A DNA stretch of 62,265 bases, filler included, from 20 parts of 20 records of this genome joined end to end with filler, not necessarily neighbours in it; one strand, 5' to 3'; counted from the whole stretch's first letter, positions 26,328 through 37,968 are shown. Notes: a model not told the origin generated them from the letters alone. Made by a program: numbers and translations.

Positions 26328-27211
26328 ACCAGCACTCGACTTCCCCTAACTGCACTAAGAAAATTCACCAACCCGAGTGTTTACACGGCTAGACAGGAGT
26401 GGAGCTCATTTGCATACGATGCACTAACAATGTACCAACAGAGACAAGCATTGTTGTGTTCGGTGTAATGTAGCTACATGTTAACTGTGGTGGAAATTTT
26501 CTAAGTGTATTTTCAAGGTCATCCATTTGGCGATGAAATGTTGGCAAATTTCCGAAAAATGACCTGAAACGGCAAAACNNNNNNNNNNNNNNNNNNNNNN
26601 NNNNNNNNNNNNNNNNNNNNNNTTAATTAATTAANNNNNNNNNNNNNNNNNNNNNNNNNNNNNNNNNNNNNNNNNNNNGGATCCAGGACAGTGCACGTTT
26701 TTGACTGTGTAATACGCCTGCAGTTCAATAACAAGCTTTTTTGACTGTATAAAATTTCCATTGTCCAAGTGTCGAATTTGCATACGAGACCACCAACGCT
26801 ACGTCTCCATGCGAATTTTTTTCAAACCGTAAACGGACTGGAAGTACAGCACTATAAGAGAATATTAAAAACTTGAACAGTTTTATGTCTGAGTGACTGT
26901 CTTAAAGTGGATTCGAAGCGCATAGAGCCACTTTATCTGCGTGATTATCGTTTGACGAGACAATTGAATGACTCGATCGCACACTTTTAATCAGTGTCTA
27001 TCGCAAGCACTAGGCCTAGAAATGCGCAATTAATCTAGCCTACCGTGACCCAGCTCCAGTTGTGGAATGCCGCCTACACACATGAACATGTCGATCCCAC
27101 ATGACTGTGCCGGTATGTAAAGCGGCCTAGGCCACATCCGTCGCGTGAGCCTGCATTGTCATCAAATTGTCCCGGTAGCCTACAAGTATCTCCCGTGTAA
27201 ATTTGGTCAAA

Positions 27212-28234
27212 ATGGCAGAGGATCCAGCCAATAGAATCAAACGGCCGTTGTCGTCCACCTCTAGCATAGACTCGACAGGTGATAAAAACTTGTCAAAACT
27301 ACAGAAAAGGGGTTCGGTTAGTGACAGTGAATTAGACGATGTTTTTGACACCCAGAAATGTGTAAAGCAGGTTCTGGAGGCACTTTCAGATAATGCGGTT
27401 GCAGAGAAAATATATGGAAAACTGTTCGAAAAACTGGCCGACCGAATGGAGGCAAAACTTGAAGACGTTATTGGTAATAAAATCGACCAGTTTATTACAG
27501 AGCGCGGTGCTCAGGTAATCGAGAAAGCGGTAAAAGAACAAACGTCTGCTATAGTGAAGGAAATCAACACGATGAATGGTATCGTTAATGCTCAATGGGA
27601 CCGTATTAAAGAACTGGAGAGAAAAACTGCGGAGCAGGAGAAGTGCCTCCAAGAACGAGTTGACGAAAACGAAAAACTCGAAAATTATAATCGCCGCTGG
27701 AACTTGCGCTTTAGTGGTATACCTGTGGAAGATAATGCTAGCGAGAGACAGGGATCTGATGACGTGGTCATAAAATTCTGCCGCGAGAAACTAAACGTGA
27801 CCATTACTAAAGGTGATATCGACCGAAGTCACCGTGTGGGCAAGGCCACGCCCAGGGACATCATCTGTCGCTTCACGAACTATCGGGCCAGAAACCTTGT
27901 TTACTCATCCCGGTTCAACATTAACCGTATTAGACCGAATAACAAAAAGCTGTATATAAACGAGGACATTACTATGTACAGAAGAAATATAATGAAGAAA
28001 GCTCGTGAGCTGGTCCGTGGAAAGAAACTGGGAAAAGCATGGACACGCGACGGGGAAATGTTTGTGCAAGAAACTGGAACTGACAAAAATGACCAAGTGC
28101 GACCAAAAATTCACAGAATTTACAAAGACGCTGACCTTGAAAAATTCCTCAAGGTCAAATTAAACGAACTAGTTGGTCGAAATGATGATTCCAGTGAAGT
28201 TACTTATGCAAAAGCTGCAGCAAAAAAGAAGTAA
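27212..28234 (+). CDS. Non-LTR ORF1 of L1 ORF1p/Transposase_22 type
   Basis: LENYNRRWNLRFSGI, DIDRSHRVGK, RDIICRF, YINEDIT and KAWTRDGEMFV. It is homologous to 25350-26327, and both start with KRPLSS. Confidence 0.88.
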   Translation: MAEDPANRIKRPLSSTSSIDSTGDKNLSKLQKRGSVSDSELDDVFDTQKCVKQVLEALSDNAVAEKIYGKLFEKLADRMEAKLEDVIGNKIDQFITERGAQVIEKAVKEQTSAIVKEINTMNGIVNAQWDRIKELERKTAEQEKCLQERVDENEKLENYNRRWNLRFSGIPVEDNASERQGSDDVVIKFCREKLNVTITKGDIDRSHRVGKATPRDIICRFTNYRARNLVYSSRFNINRIRPNNKKLYINEDITMYRRNIMKKARELVRGKKLGKAWTRDGEMFVQETGTDKNDQVRPKIHRIYKDADLEKFLKVKLNELVGRNDDSSEVTYAKAAAKKK

Positions 28235-28829
28235 TTTTTTGTGCAAATGTGATGAATAGTGAAATAATTACTATCACCTATGCTTAATATATTTTTGCGC
28301 ATATTCAGTGTACAATACCAATATGATATCTTAGAACTTACCATTTGTACAGGCAAAAACTTAGGGAAGACGTTTTTGCAGTAAACAGTACAGTGCCTAT
28401 CGTAAGGCAAATCTCCACGCTACATCTTAAAAAAAATTCAGCTGTCTAACAGCATGTATAAATGTACACGAATGTGTGGGTGCCCACATATACCAAGTAA
28501 CTAATAAGATGTCAGTGGCACTCAAATTATTATTAGATAGGCTAATGTTAATGGGCTACTTAGATGCATCTTTATAATATACCTGGATAAAAACGTCTTT
28601 CCGTAAATCCAGTTCATTTAAAATGATGTAATATAAAACTTAGTCAAATTAACAATACTGTGTGTACAGTGCTGTGCGGATTGCTGTGACCGACCCCCAA
28701 GTGCAGCATTGCAAAGTGCTCCTTTTGGGGCTCTGGCCATGGTAATTTGCACTGCACTGTTACAATAAGTCCTATAACGCTTTTGGCCATACAATGTCAC
28801 GAGTATATAGTTATACAGTACACTGTCAT

Positions 28830-28867
28830 TAGGGTGGTTCATGAAAGTATTTTTATGAACCACCCTA
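28830..28867. mobile_element. 38-bp palindromic mini-element (hAT-like MITE remnant) with perfect 8-bp target-site duplication
   Basis: ACTGTCAT|TAGGGTGGTTCATGAAAGTATTTTTATGAACCACCCTA|ACTGTCAT. The TSDs are at 28822-28829 and 28868-28875. Confidence 0.8.
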
Positions 28868-28954
28868 ACTGTCATACATGTATTCAGGGTGACTTGTGAC
28901 ATATTTTTTACAATTTCAAACTCTTGGTATTAGGCCTATAGTTCATTGTTGTAT

Positions 28955-29057
28955 TAGGGTGGAGTGCGAAGGTTTTTTTTTCGACAGTCAGTTTCTGATG
29001 GTTGTTGTAACTATTAGAGATTGATTGTTGAAGAAAGGTTTTTTTCACTCCACCCTG
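28955..29057 (+). mobile_element. 103-bp foldback element (hAT-like MITE) with TAGGGTGG...CCACCCTG termini
   Basis: Ungapped 50-position stem with a 3-nt loop. The flanks TTGTTGTAT and TTGTGTAT resemble a degenerate 8-bp TSD, and the neighbouring repeat copy has a single TTGTGTAT at about 29151. Confidence 0.72.
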
Positions 29058-29472
29058 TTGTGTATAGTACACCGCCATACATGTATTTATATAGGGTGAC
29101 TTGTGACATTTTTTACAATTTCCTATTCTTGGTATTAGGCCTATAGTTTATTGTGTATAGTATACATATAGTTCTTCGTACATGTACATTACGAGCTTTT
29201 TACTTTCTTACAACCAGTTCTTATATATTCAGCCGGCACTGGCTGTATATTATGCTCAGACATCCAAACTGGAGCTGGCTCTTTTCGACAAACTGCATAC
29301 TTATTTTATTTCAAACTATTTTGTTCACTTATGTTGTTTTTTACGATGCGCCTCCATTTATTGTTAGTAGTANNNNNNNNNNNNNNNNNNNNNNNNNNNN
29401 NNNNNNNNNNNNNNNNTTAATTAATTAANNNNNNNNNNNNNNNNNNNNNNNNNNNNNNNNNNNNNNNNNNNN

Positions 29473-31065
29473 AATCTGTGTGGCATACAAGCCAATGGAG
29501 ATCCCAAGAACAACAAGAAGGTGTCACTTGGAACTGTAGATGCCCATAATCTAATTTCTCCTCCATCTGCATACACCTCTGAGTATCCCCATCTCCTGCA
29601 AGGCGTGGTGAATCTTTCCAATTCCAATTTCCCTGTTGACGACATCACAAAATCTTGTTATGACTGGACGACGGCCATCATAAAAAATGGACGACCATAT
29701 GTAGCAGTTGGCGAAATAGAACTAGCCATCTGGTCCAAATGGTTTGACATTTGCTCCACGATGCGGGAGTCAGACCCTGTACCGAAACTGAAGTGCGAAT
29801 CCAAAAAGGGATCTTTCCATGTCAATGATTATGAATGGGGTCTATCAGAAGAACAAGTCCAAAAGTTCATTAACACAGTAGATCAATTCCACAAGGTGTT
29901 TGTAATACGGTATGGTGGGAATGAATTGACACCTTACATGATGAAGGTAATTGATTTTGCACCTATTCTCCTGAAGTCACTACCAATGCCAAGTCTGATG
30001 CGTTTCGACTCGGAAGGAGGTGAGCATCTACACTATGTCCACTCCAAGCACTTCCATTTCCATACACAACGTGGAGGAGCTGGTAAAACTGTAGAACCCT
30101 TCTTGTCGATATTCTTCTACCACTTTTTGAAGACTTACTTTAGATTCAAAGATTTGGCTCGCAGTGACAATGTCGATGAAAAGGAGGCTGGTTTGAAAGG
30201 TTTAGAGTACATCAGAAATGAAGAAATGAGCAAGAAACCCGAAAATGTATTCGAATTTGAAGAAATTAGCACTCCATCACCAACGGAACACCGTCTACCA
30301 ACCATATCACGCCAATACAAATTCAGATACCACATTTTTGGCACAGTGCCAGCCAACATCAAGAAGTTGTATCAAACAGTTGAAAACTTACATGACGCTT
30401 TGCGAGCTGCTGGAGGCAAAAACATAAAAAATCTGCCGTCAGACAATCACGTAACATCCCATGCGTATGTAATAACTACACAGGCACATTGCTCTAGCGG
30501 TAAAAAGGCGCAATTTCTTATCGAGGCCTGCCGCTTTAATTGGACAATAGTCGGTTACGAATTTGCCTTGAATATCATCAGTGGCGGGCAAGTGGAACAT
30601 GTTCCATACATACTGGATACGGAGACACTTGTAACCAACAACCCAATAGCGTCACAAAAACACTCGGCGTATAGACAACTAAATTACACTTCACCTGGTA
30701 CAAGGCGACCTTTTAATGAAATTCGTCGTCAAAGAAATAAAATACGGAAGCACGAAGAAAAAGAGAACCTTCCAATAAATGCGAAGAAAGTTGCTAAAAA
30801 GGGAGGAATCCGAACATCCGCCTTCAGTGTTTTTGTCTCGCACAACTATAAAAGGCATAGGAGAACACCCGGTCAACGAATCACTACAAATGTAATGCAA
30901 GAATTGAGTCAAGCGTGGCGAAGATTGTCCAAGACTGAGATGGGAGTATTTAAACAGGAGGCGTTGGAAAAAAGGACAAAAATAAAAGCAAGATTAAGTA
31001 CAAGTAGTAGCAGAGGGCAGGCTTGCAATTATCAGGACACGAGCATGCCAGGTGTTGTGCTGTAG
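29473..31065 (+). CDS. C-terminal part of a putative RAG1/Transib-like transposase fused to BRCT-like and HMG-box domains (5' truncated)
   Basis: The frame is open from the fragment edge. LTPYMMKVIDFAPILL...RFDSEGGEHLH resembles RAG1 ITNYFHKTLAHVPEII...AWASEGNESGN. BRCT-like pattern: FRYHIFG...LRAAGGK...AYVIT...WTIVGYEF. HMG-box pattern: TSAFSVFV...VMQELSQAWRRLSKTEMGVFKQEA. Confidence 0.62.
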   Translation, partial: NLCGIQANGDPKNNKKVSLGTVDAHNLISPPSAYTSEYPHLLQGVVNLSNSNFPVDDITKSCYDWTTAIIKNGRPYVAVGEIELAIWSKWFDICSTMRESDPVPKLKCESKKGSFHVNDYEWGLSEEQVQKFINTVDQFHKVFVIRYGGNELTPYMMKVIDFAPILLKSLPMPSLMRFDSEGGEHLHYVHSKHFHFHTQRGGAGKTVEPFLSIFFYHFLKTYFRFKDLARSDNVDEKEAGLKGLEYIRNEEMSKKPENVFEFEEISTPSPTEHRLPTISRQYKFRYHIFGTVPANIKKLYQTVENLHDALRAAGGKNIKNLPSDNHVTSHAYVITTQAHCSSGKKAQFLIEACRFNWTIVGYEFALNIISGGQVEHVPYILDTETLVTNNPIASQKHSAYRQLNYTSPGTRRPFNEIRRQRNKIRKHEEKENLPINAKKVAKKGGIRTSAFSVFVSHNYKRHRRTPGQRITTNVMQELSQAWRRLSKTEMGVFKQEALEKRTKIKARLSTSSSRGQACNYQDTSMPGVVL

Positions 31066-31893
31066 CCAGGAAAAGAAGCCAAAGGAAAACATGGCACCGC
31101 AAAAGAGCCAGGTGTTGTACTGTTGATGTTGTTGTGTTTGTTGTTTTTCTCAGTGCATGTATGGATATGAATGACTGTTATATGCATTCATTGATGAATG
31201 ATGTAAATAATATTTTTCTGCGAAACCTGCGATCAGTACCGGTATAGGGCCTACATTTTGTATTTGTGTATAGTTATATGATTATGGTGATACCCATGAA
31301 CGTTAGCGTAACATTTTCGATAACAAAAGTATCGCAATGTAAAATATTTAACGACATTTAACGACATGTAGAAGCAAATGATTTGTTTTTGTCTTTTAAA
31401 TTTCGTAGTCACGTCTATTTATGTCAACCATTCTCAAAACATTTATGCTTGTACCCAGTGACGGTTTACTGTAAGGTGGGAACTGGTATTAGCCACAATT
31501 TTATTTGTTTCGGATATTTTACCTAGTTTATACTATTATGCCATAATTATGCGGAAGTGGGCAAATCCTGAGATTATTTGAGTAAAAAATATAGCAGCAA
31601 ATTACTACTTTGATAAACCATATTTACCCATCTAGTACTAATTTTGTACGGTTTGCAGTTAAACCCTTATTATCAAATATAGGCCTACTTGTTTAAATTT
31701 TTTCAAAAACATTAATTAAAATTGTTTTTTGTTGCATGATTGAATAAATAAGCTAACTGTTTTGTAATAATTGTCAAGGAGTTTTCAGCATTGNNNNNNN
31801 NNNNNNNNNNNNNNNNNNNNNNNNNNNNNNNNNNNNNTTAATTAATTAANNNNNNNNNNNNNNNNNNNNNNNNNNNNNNNNNNNNNNNNNNNN

Positions 31894-34866
31894 ACTTCTC
31901 GAATCCAAAATATACGCGGTTGAAGTTTTACTGTTCTTGCAGATGGTTTGCAAAACCATCCGTTCATCATCAATGAACACTGTATTTACAAATGTATCCA
32001 TACCATCCAAGATTTCCTTGGATGTGTCAGTGCCGGGTTTCCTCTTCGATTTCTTGTTCTCTTTTATCCTTTTCATGACATCGCCAAAATCATATACACC
32101 TACGGTTTTTCCAGCCCGATAAACGATGTTTTCAGTATTCCTTGTTCTAATTCCCAAACTGTTATTTACATAGGACGGAAAAGCATCGTTGGAATTGGTA
32201 AGGATAGGTTGAGCGAATCCAGAGTTTAACCGATTCACTACAAATAATTGCCAGGAAGCATTTTCCCACTGTGCACTGATAGTTTTCATCACAAATATTG
32301 ATTCCGTGTCTTGATTGAAGTCGGATGACAGAGGTTTAGTTCCAGTTGCAACCGGATCTTCTTCTTCTTCATCATTCTCCCACAGATGAACTGAGATCAT
32401 GTTGGACTCGTCTACAGTTTGATACATCACGGTGTCAATGTCTTCATCAACAAATTCTGCCCGAAGACATTTGGAAGGCGCCGAAATGCTAATGGAACTC
32501 ACTTTTGTCATTTCAGGATCAGAAATCTCGTGTATGTCAAAGGTGTTGTCGGTGGGATTGCTGATAATCACATGCTGGCCATCTTTCGAAAAATTAACAC
32601 TATGAATGACACCAGATGTTTTAGGCAAAGCTGAGAGAAGGTTTCCACTTTCAGTGTCGTAAACATGAACAGTTGACTCTGTACATGTGATGTCGAATGC
32701 ATTCACTTGATCGAACTGAATGTCCGAGCTGCAAAGAGCGAATGCTATTTTAGAACGGCACACAGCACTGCTTGTTGGAAATAAAGCAACTTCACTGAAC
32801 TTTAACCCAGACGGTGAAATTTTCCTGGTTGAAAGAGATATTACTCTTGATACAGTTCCGAAGAAAAGTTCATCGCCTGAGGATGAATAATGGAGTTGCG
32901 CGAAATTCTGAAGATAATTCCAAGCGTTACAGGGTGCTACGAGATCACCACTGATGTCAATGGTAGATATGACTTCACCACTTTCAACACTGATGATGTA
33001 CACAAAGCCCACTCCTGTTGGTGCTTCGCCCATATTTATTCCGTCAGACAACGTGTAAGTCAGACAAGCTATTGTCTTTCCTTCTGGAGAAGCATCCACG
33101 GCCCAAATATTTTCCGAAAACACGTGCGTAAGCTTGGTGGGCACGTCCTCAAACGGTTGCTTCAGAATCTTTATCAGCTGCTTGTCAGGGTTGCTCTCAA
33201 ACCATTTAGTAGCCTGGTCTGAGATCTCTTTGTAAGTACTGTGATTTCCGAAGTTTAAGGCTTCCTGATAGACTAAATCAGGATACATTTGCAGGCTCAT
33301 TCCTCGATCAGCAACAAACCGTCGGTACGCATTTAAAAGGGATTTATGCTGCGGCTGCTTCACGAAATGATCAACGGCACAGACTTTATATTCGTTCTCC
33401 CCTGTGGTTGATTCAGAAATGTGGCAATGCACATAGTCTTTAGCTAGGGAATCCGCAATGGTTACCTTTTGTAGATTTAGTTTAGCTTGAACGTATTTTA
33501 AGCTGCAAATTGAGCTGACAAGATCTTTCTCTTTGTCTTCACTGTGCTCCTGTTCCAGACAGTGATACACTCCATGCATCAGCGCGTATTCCAGTACAGG
33601 TTGCGGAAAGACTTTCTCGTTGGTAAAGTCTATGACTTCCATACACATTTTAGCCAAAACAAGCTGTCCTTCTATAATATTAACTCTATCCTCGTTTTCT
33701 GGATCTATCAGCCAATCTTTCACGGACTTGTGCGGAAACTGTACCTTCATGTTCCGCATTGACACAAACTGCGAGATTTTTGTGAATATATCCTTTTCCT
33801 TTTCACCTCCAATCAGCTCTTTCAAGACGTAGCGCAGGATTTCAATATGAAGTGGTTCTTGTGCTGCACAAATGGTGGCCAGAATATTGTTACACAGGAC
33901 TGTGTCTCCAACGTAAGACTTAAAGCGATCAAAGTCGCGCTTGTAAACCTCAGCCACCTTGGTAGGAGTTGTGTTCAGGAGATCTTCCACCGAATACATA
34001 CCACTCTTTAAAGCTTCTACAATACACGAAGCGTACAAAAATGTTGGCTTAACTTGACATATTTTATCCACCAACACCTTCCAGTTGTCGCACTGATTTT
34101 CGAGACTACTTTCCAAGAACAGACGAACATCTTCGTCGTTGTTAGATATCGAATCTTGAAACATGATTTGTTCGTTTGATAAGTCAAGCACATTAATGAT
34201 ATCTTTCGCGGGTCGAGTGGTGACGAATAAGTACATCCACTTTGGAGCATAGTCGTGGAACTTGTTTATGAAGGAAGCGATCTTGTGGCGCTGGTCGTCT
34301 GAGCAGTCGTCAAGAGCGTCAATCACGAGCAACATTTTCTTAGGATATTTGTTGAGTTCTTCCAAGTGATCGGAAAGAAGATTCTTCCTCAGCGGTTCGA
34401 AGTCTTCGGCACTCAGTCGCCGGAAGAAACTGGCGGAATTTTTCTCGCAGATAATTTCTAGGTACTTATCGATGATGTCGCTGAGATTGTAAGCCAACGT
34501 CATGATGAAGTAGCGAATATCGTTACGCGTGCTGTCGTTGTACTCGAAAAAGAATGGCGACAGCAGGTGAGAGGAGTATCGGAAGCAGATTTCTTTGGCG
34601 ATGGCCGTTTTTCCTGTGCCTCCCTCTGACGATAAGATAAACACGCGTTTTGACTCGTTGCTTTCTTCGTAGAACCAGTGGTCGAACTGCTTGAAGAATG
34701 TCTGTCGTGATTTGGCATCCATGGCGGCTTCATTGAATTCGTGAGCGATATGGAAGTCCTTGAGTTTCTTCTTGATGTTCTCCATTCCCTTCTCTCCCCA
34801 TCGACTGTCCATTCTCTTCAGTTGTACCATCACTTCGTTTATGAGAGTCTTGATTTCCACGCCGTG
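31894..34866 (-). CDS. STAND (NACHT-like) NTPase followed by a degenerate WD40/beta-propeller region; intronless, truncated at both ends
   Basis: RQTFFKQFDHWF before Walker A SEGGTGKT; FIMTLAYNL; Walker B LLVIDALDD; LFVTTRP; FLYA; AQEPL; winged-helix HKSVKDWL; YALMHGVYH. Propeller-like blades follow: AVDASPEGKTI, VHVYDTESG and VNFSKDGQHV. Confidence 0.8.
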
Positions 34867-34968
34867 AANNNNNNNNNNNNNNNNNNNNNNNNNNNNNNNN
34901 NNNNNNNNNNNNTTAATTAATTAANNNNNNNNNNNNNNNNNNNNNNNNNNNNNNNNNNNNNNNNNNNN

Positions 34969-37968
34969 GAACGATCAAGAAATACCAATAATCGGGTGGA
35001 TAGCATTAAAACTGTCTGCAAGGGGCACCGCCCTGTCCGATGCACACTTTCTGGTTGTAAAAGAAGGTACAACCACGTCCCGTAAACATCCGGTGCTTAT
35101 TGGATGTAACTTACTGAAGCAGTTTGCAGTTGAGCCGACCATAGATCCTTCCCCGCTCCACGAACAGCGCTGGTCTACCGCTCTGGCATGGCAAAATTTG
35201 ACCGACTCTGCTTCTGCACATCCTGTCACAGGTTCAGTTGAACCGGAAACCGTTCCTGTTCAACCTCTTGCCACTCGTAATGTGTCCATTGCGGACGTAC
35301 GAACAGGCAGACACCCGACCATATTATGGCCAGGTACACCAGCATGCAAGGTGCGAGGCAAAATCCGTGCACACCCCTCAATGTTTAGAGACGAATTCAT
35401 CTGTCTTGAACCGGCGACGATTCAGGCTAAAGTCTACCATGCGGACTTTGAAGCGCAAAGTGAGGTGAAAGGGGAGTGTCAGGCATTTGACGCAGTGGAT
35501 GCCCATTCAAATGGCACTCACATAGACGTATGGCTGTCTAACACGACCAAGAACATTGTGGTTTTACCTCCTTACACCAAATTGGGCTCTGTGTCTAGCA
35601 TTTATGCTAAACATGAAGTGCATTTGGGTGAAACAACCGAAGGCCTGACCATTGATATTGAGGAGACCTTGTCTGATGGAGGATACCGCCTATCTTCTCC
35701 AGTTGCCTCTACTGAGGCTGAAAGGGGTTCCCCCTTGACTCCAGAATCTTCGGATTCTCAGTTGCCCCCTGGCGTAGATTTATCTGGTGCCGTAATCGAG
35801 GGCTACAGTTGGGAAGAACTTCCCAGTGTGCTTAAGGAACCGATTTTGCAGCTTTTTAGAAAACACGATAGTGTGTTTTCAAAGGGCGAGTTTGACATTG
35901 GAACCTGCACTAAGATACCACATCGTATTCGTCTGAAAGACGATGACCCCATCAACTTACCATACCGTCACCTACACCCCAAGGCCTACCAAGAGGTCAA
36001 AGACCACATCCAGAGCCTGTTAGACGTGGGAGTGATCCGTAAGAGCGTAAGCCCGTACGCCTCTCCCATAGTAGTGGTGTATAAACGGGATGGTCGTATA
36101 CGTCTCTGTCTTGACTATAGGCGTCTTAACCAAAAGACAATTCAGGACGCATTCCCATTGCCTAGGATTGAGGCATGTTTAGATGCTCTCAAAGGAGCCA
36201 AATACTTTGCCACGATCGACCTCTCGCATGGTTATAACCAAATAGCCATGGACCCAGGTTCAATACCCTGTACCGCTTTTCGCACGCCCTTCGGCTTATA
36301 TGAGTGGGTACGTATGCCCATGGGCCTATCTACCGCTAGCCAGACGTTCTCCAGAACAATGGAAGACTGTCTGGGCTCTCTGAATATGGAGAAGTTGATA
36401 CTCTATTTAGACGATATCTTGATTTTCGACTCAGAATTAGGAAATTACTTAGATACCCTGGATCAAGTTTTCACCAAACTTCATCAATACGGTCTGAAGG
36501 TCAAGGGGAAGAAATGCGAGTTTTTCCGCAATCGAGTGCAATTTTTGGGATATGTTGTAAGTGAAGAAGGTATCGAGGTGAGTCCGGAGAAGATAGAAAA
36601 GATCACTACTTGGCCAGTGCCCACCAACGCTGATGAACTTCGTTCATTCTTAGGTTTGGCTTCCTATCTTCGCCGTTTCATCCAGAACTTCTCCCAGATA
36701 GCAGGACCCCTCATAGCGCTCCTTCCACCTACCGTAAGGAAAAAGGGGACTAAATTTCAACGTACGCCATTTGTCTGGAATCAAAAAGCAGACCAAGCCT
36801 TCTCACAGCTCAAAGTTGCCTTGACATCACCACCCGTACTAGCATATCCGGACTTTGATAAACCATTTGTTCTCGAGACTGATGCGTCCCTCAAAGGACT
36901 TGGAGCATGCCTTCTACAGTATGACGACGAAGCACGCTTACATCCTGTCGCTTATGCCAGTCGTACACTGAGAGGCGCCGAGCAGAATTACCCGAACTTC
37001 AGCTCCTTCAAGCTTGAGTTTTTAGCGTTAAAGTGGGCCATCACAGAGAAATTCCGGGATTATCTAGTGGGACAAAAGTTCACCGTATACACTGATAATA
37101 ACCCGTTGGTTCACCTCAACAATGCTAAATTGGGAGCGTGTGAGCAACGTTGGTTATCCAGTTTGTCACCATTCCAGTTTCAGATCAAATATAAGCGCGG
37201 AGCGTTGAACCGTGTCGCAGATAGTCTCAGTAGAAGGGGAGAAGATGGGATCAGTGAGGTACAGGTTGCCGAGATTCTTCATTCTCTTGCACCAGCACAC
37301 CCAATACCCCTGGATTTACTGATCTGCGAAACGGAACAAGTTGAGGTACAGTCTTCTGCTGCACAAGCATATCCCCCTCCATTGGATGCCACACGTGTAA
37401 CAGCTGCCTGGTCTCGGGAAGACATCATTGAAAAGCAATGCAACGATCCTGATCTCAACGTAATACGCTCGCTTGTAAGGGAAGGCACCAGAATACCATC
37501 ACGTGAACACTCACCCGGGGTAAAGAAATTGCTGCAAAAATGGCATCACTTATATCTTGATAACAATGTGCTCTGTAAAACTATGCAAGATCGTCTAGGC
37601 CGCAAAGTAAAACAAATAGTTGTACCCGAATGTTTGCAGAACACCATTCTCCGAGAAATCCATGATCAATGGGGCCATCAAGGGCAAAAGAGGACATATG
37701 AGCTACTGGTTCACAGATTCTATTGGCATGGCATGGAAGCGGATACCACTCGGTACGTTCAAACATGTTACCAGTGCACCTTATCTAAGCCACCTAACTT
37801 CCACCAGCAGTATCCCTACAGGCACATCAGGGCTTCAAGACCGCTCGAAATGTTATGTACGGATTTTCTCAAGTTGGACAAAGGTAAAGGTAATCTGGAA
37901 AATGTGTTGGTACTGACTGATGTATACACCAAGTACACGCAAGCCATAGCCACCAAGGACCAAACAGC
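34969..37968 (+). mobile_element. pol: Ty3/Gypsy pol fragment (protease end, RT, RNase H, integrase zinc finger and start of core)
   Basis: LIGCNLL, SPYASPIVVV, RLCLDYRRLN, RMPMGL, YLDD, ETDAS, LEFLAL, TDNNPL, HDQWGHQG...CYQC. Confidence 0.95.

Larger units (their letters stand above)
28812..29165 (+). repeat. Two-copy tandem repeat (about 90-95-bp unit) interrupted by two foldback insertions
   Basis: The core agggtgacttgtgaca...tttttacaatttc...tcttggtattaggcctatagtt occurs at about 28886 and 29093. Each copy is preceded by agtacac.g.catacatgtatt. Confidence 0.85.

Noticed and set aside
31047-31130. Short duplication GCCAGGTGTTGT(G/A)CTGT around the ORF stop as a terminal repeat
   Set aside because: It is a short direct repeat with only two copies and no TIR or TSD context.
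29473-34868. RAG1-like ORF and beta-propeller ORF in convergent orientation, resembling a RAG1-RAG2 (ProtoRAG) pair
   Set aside because: They are separated by an artificial linker, and the propeller belongs to a STAND NTPase rather than a kelch-PHD protein.
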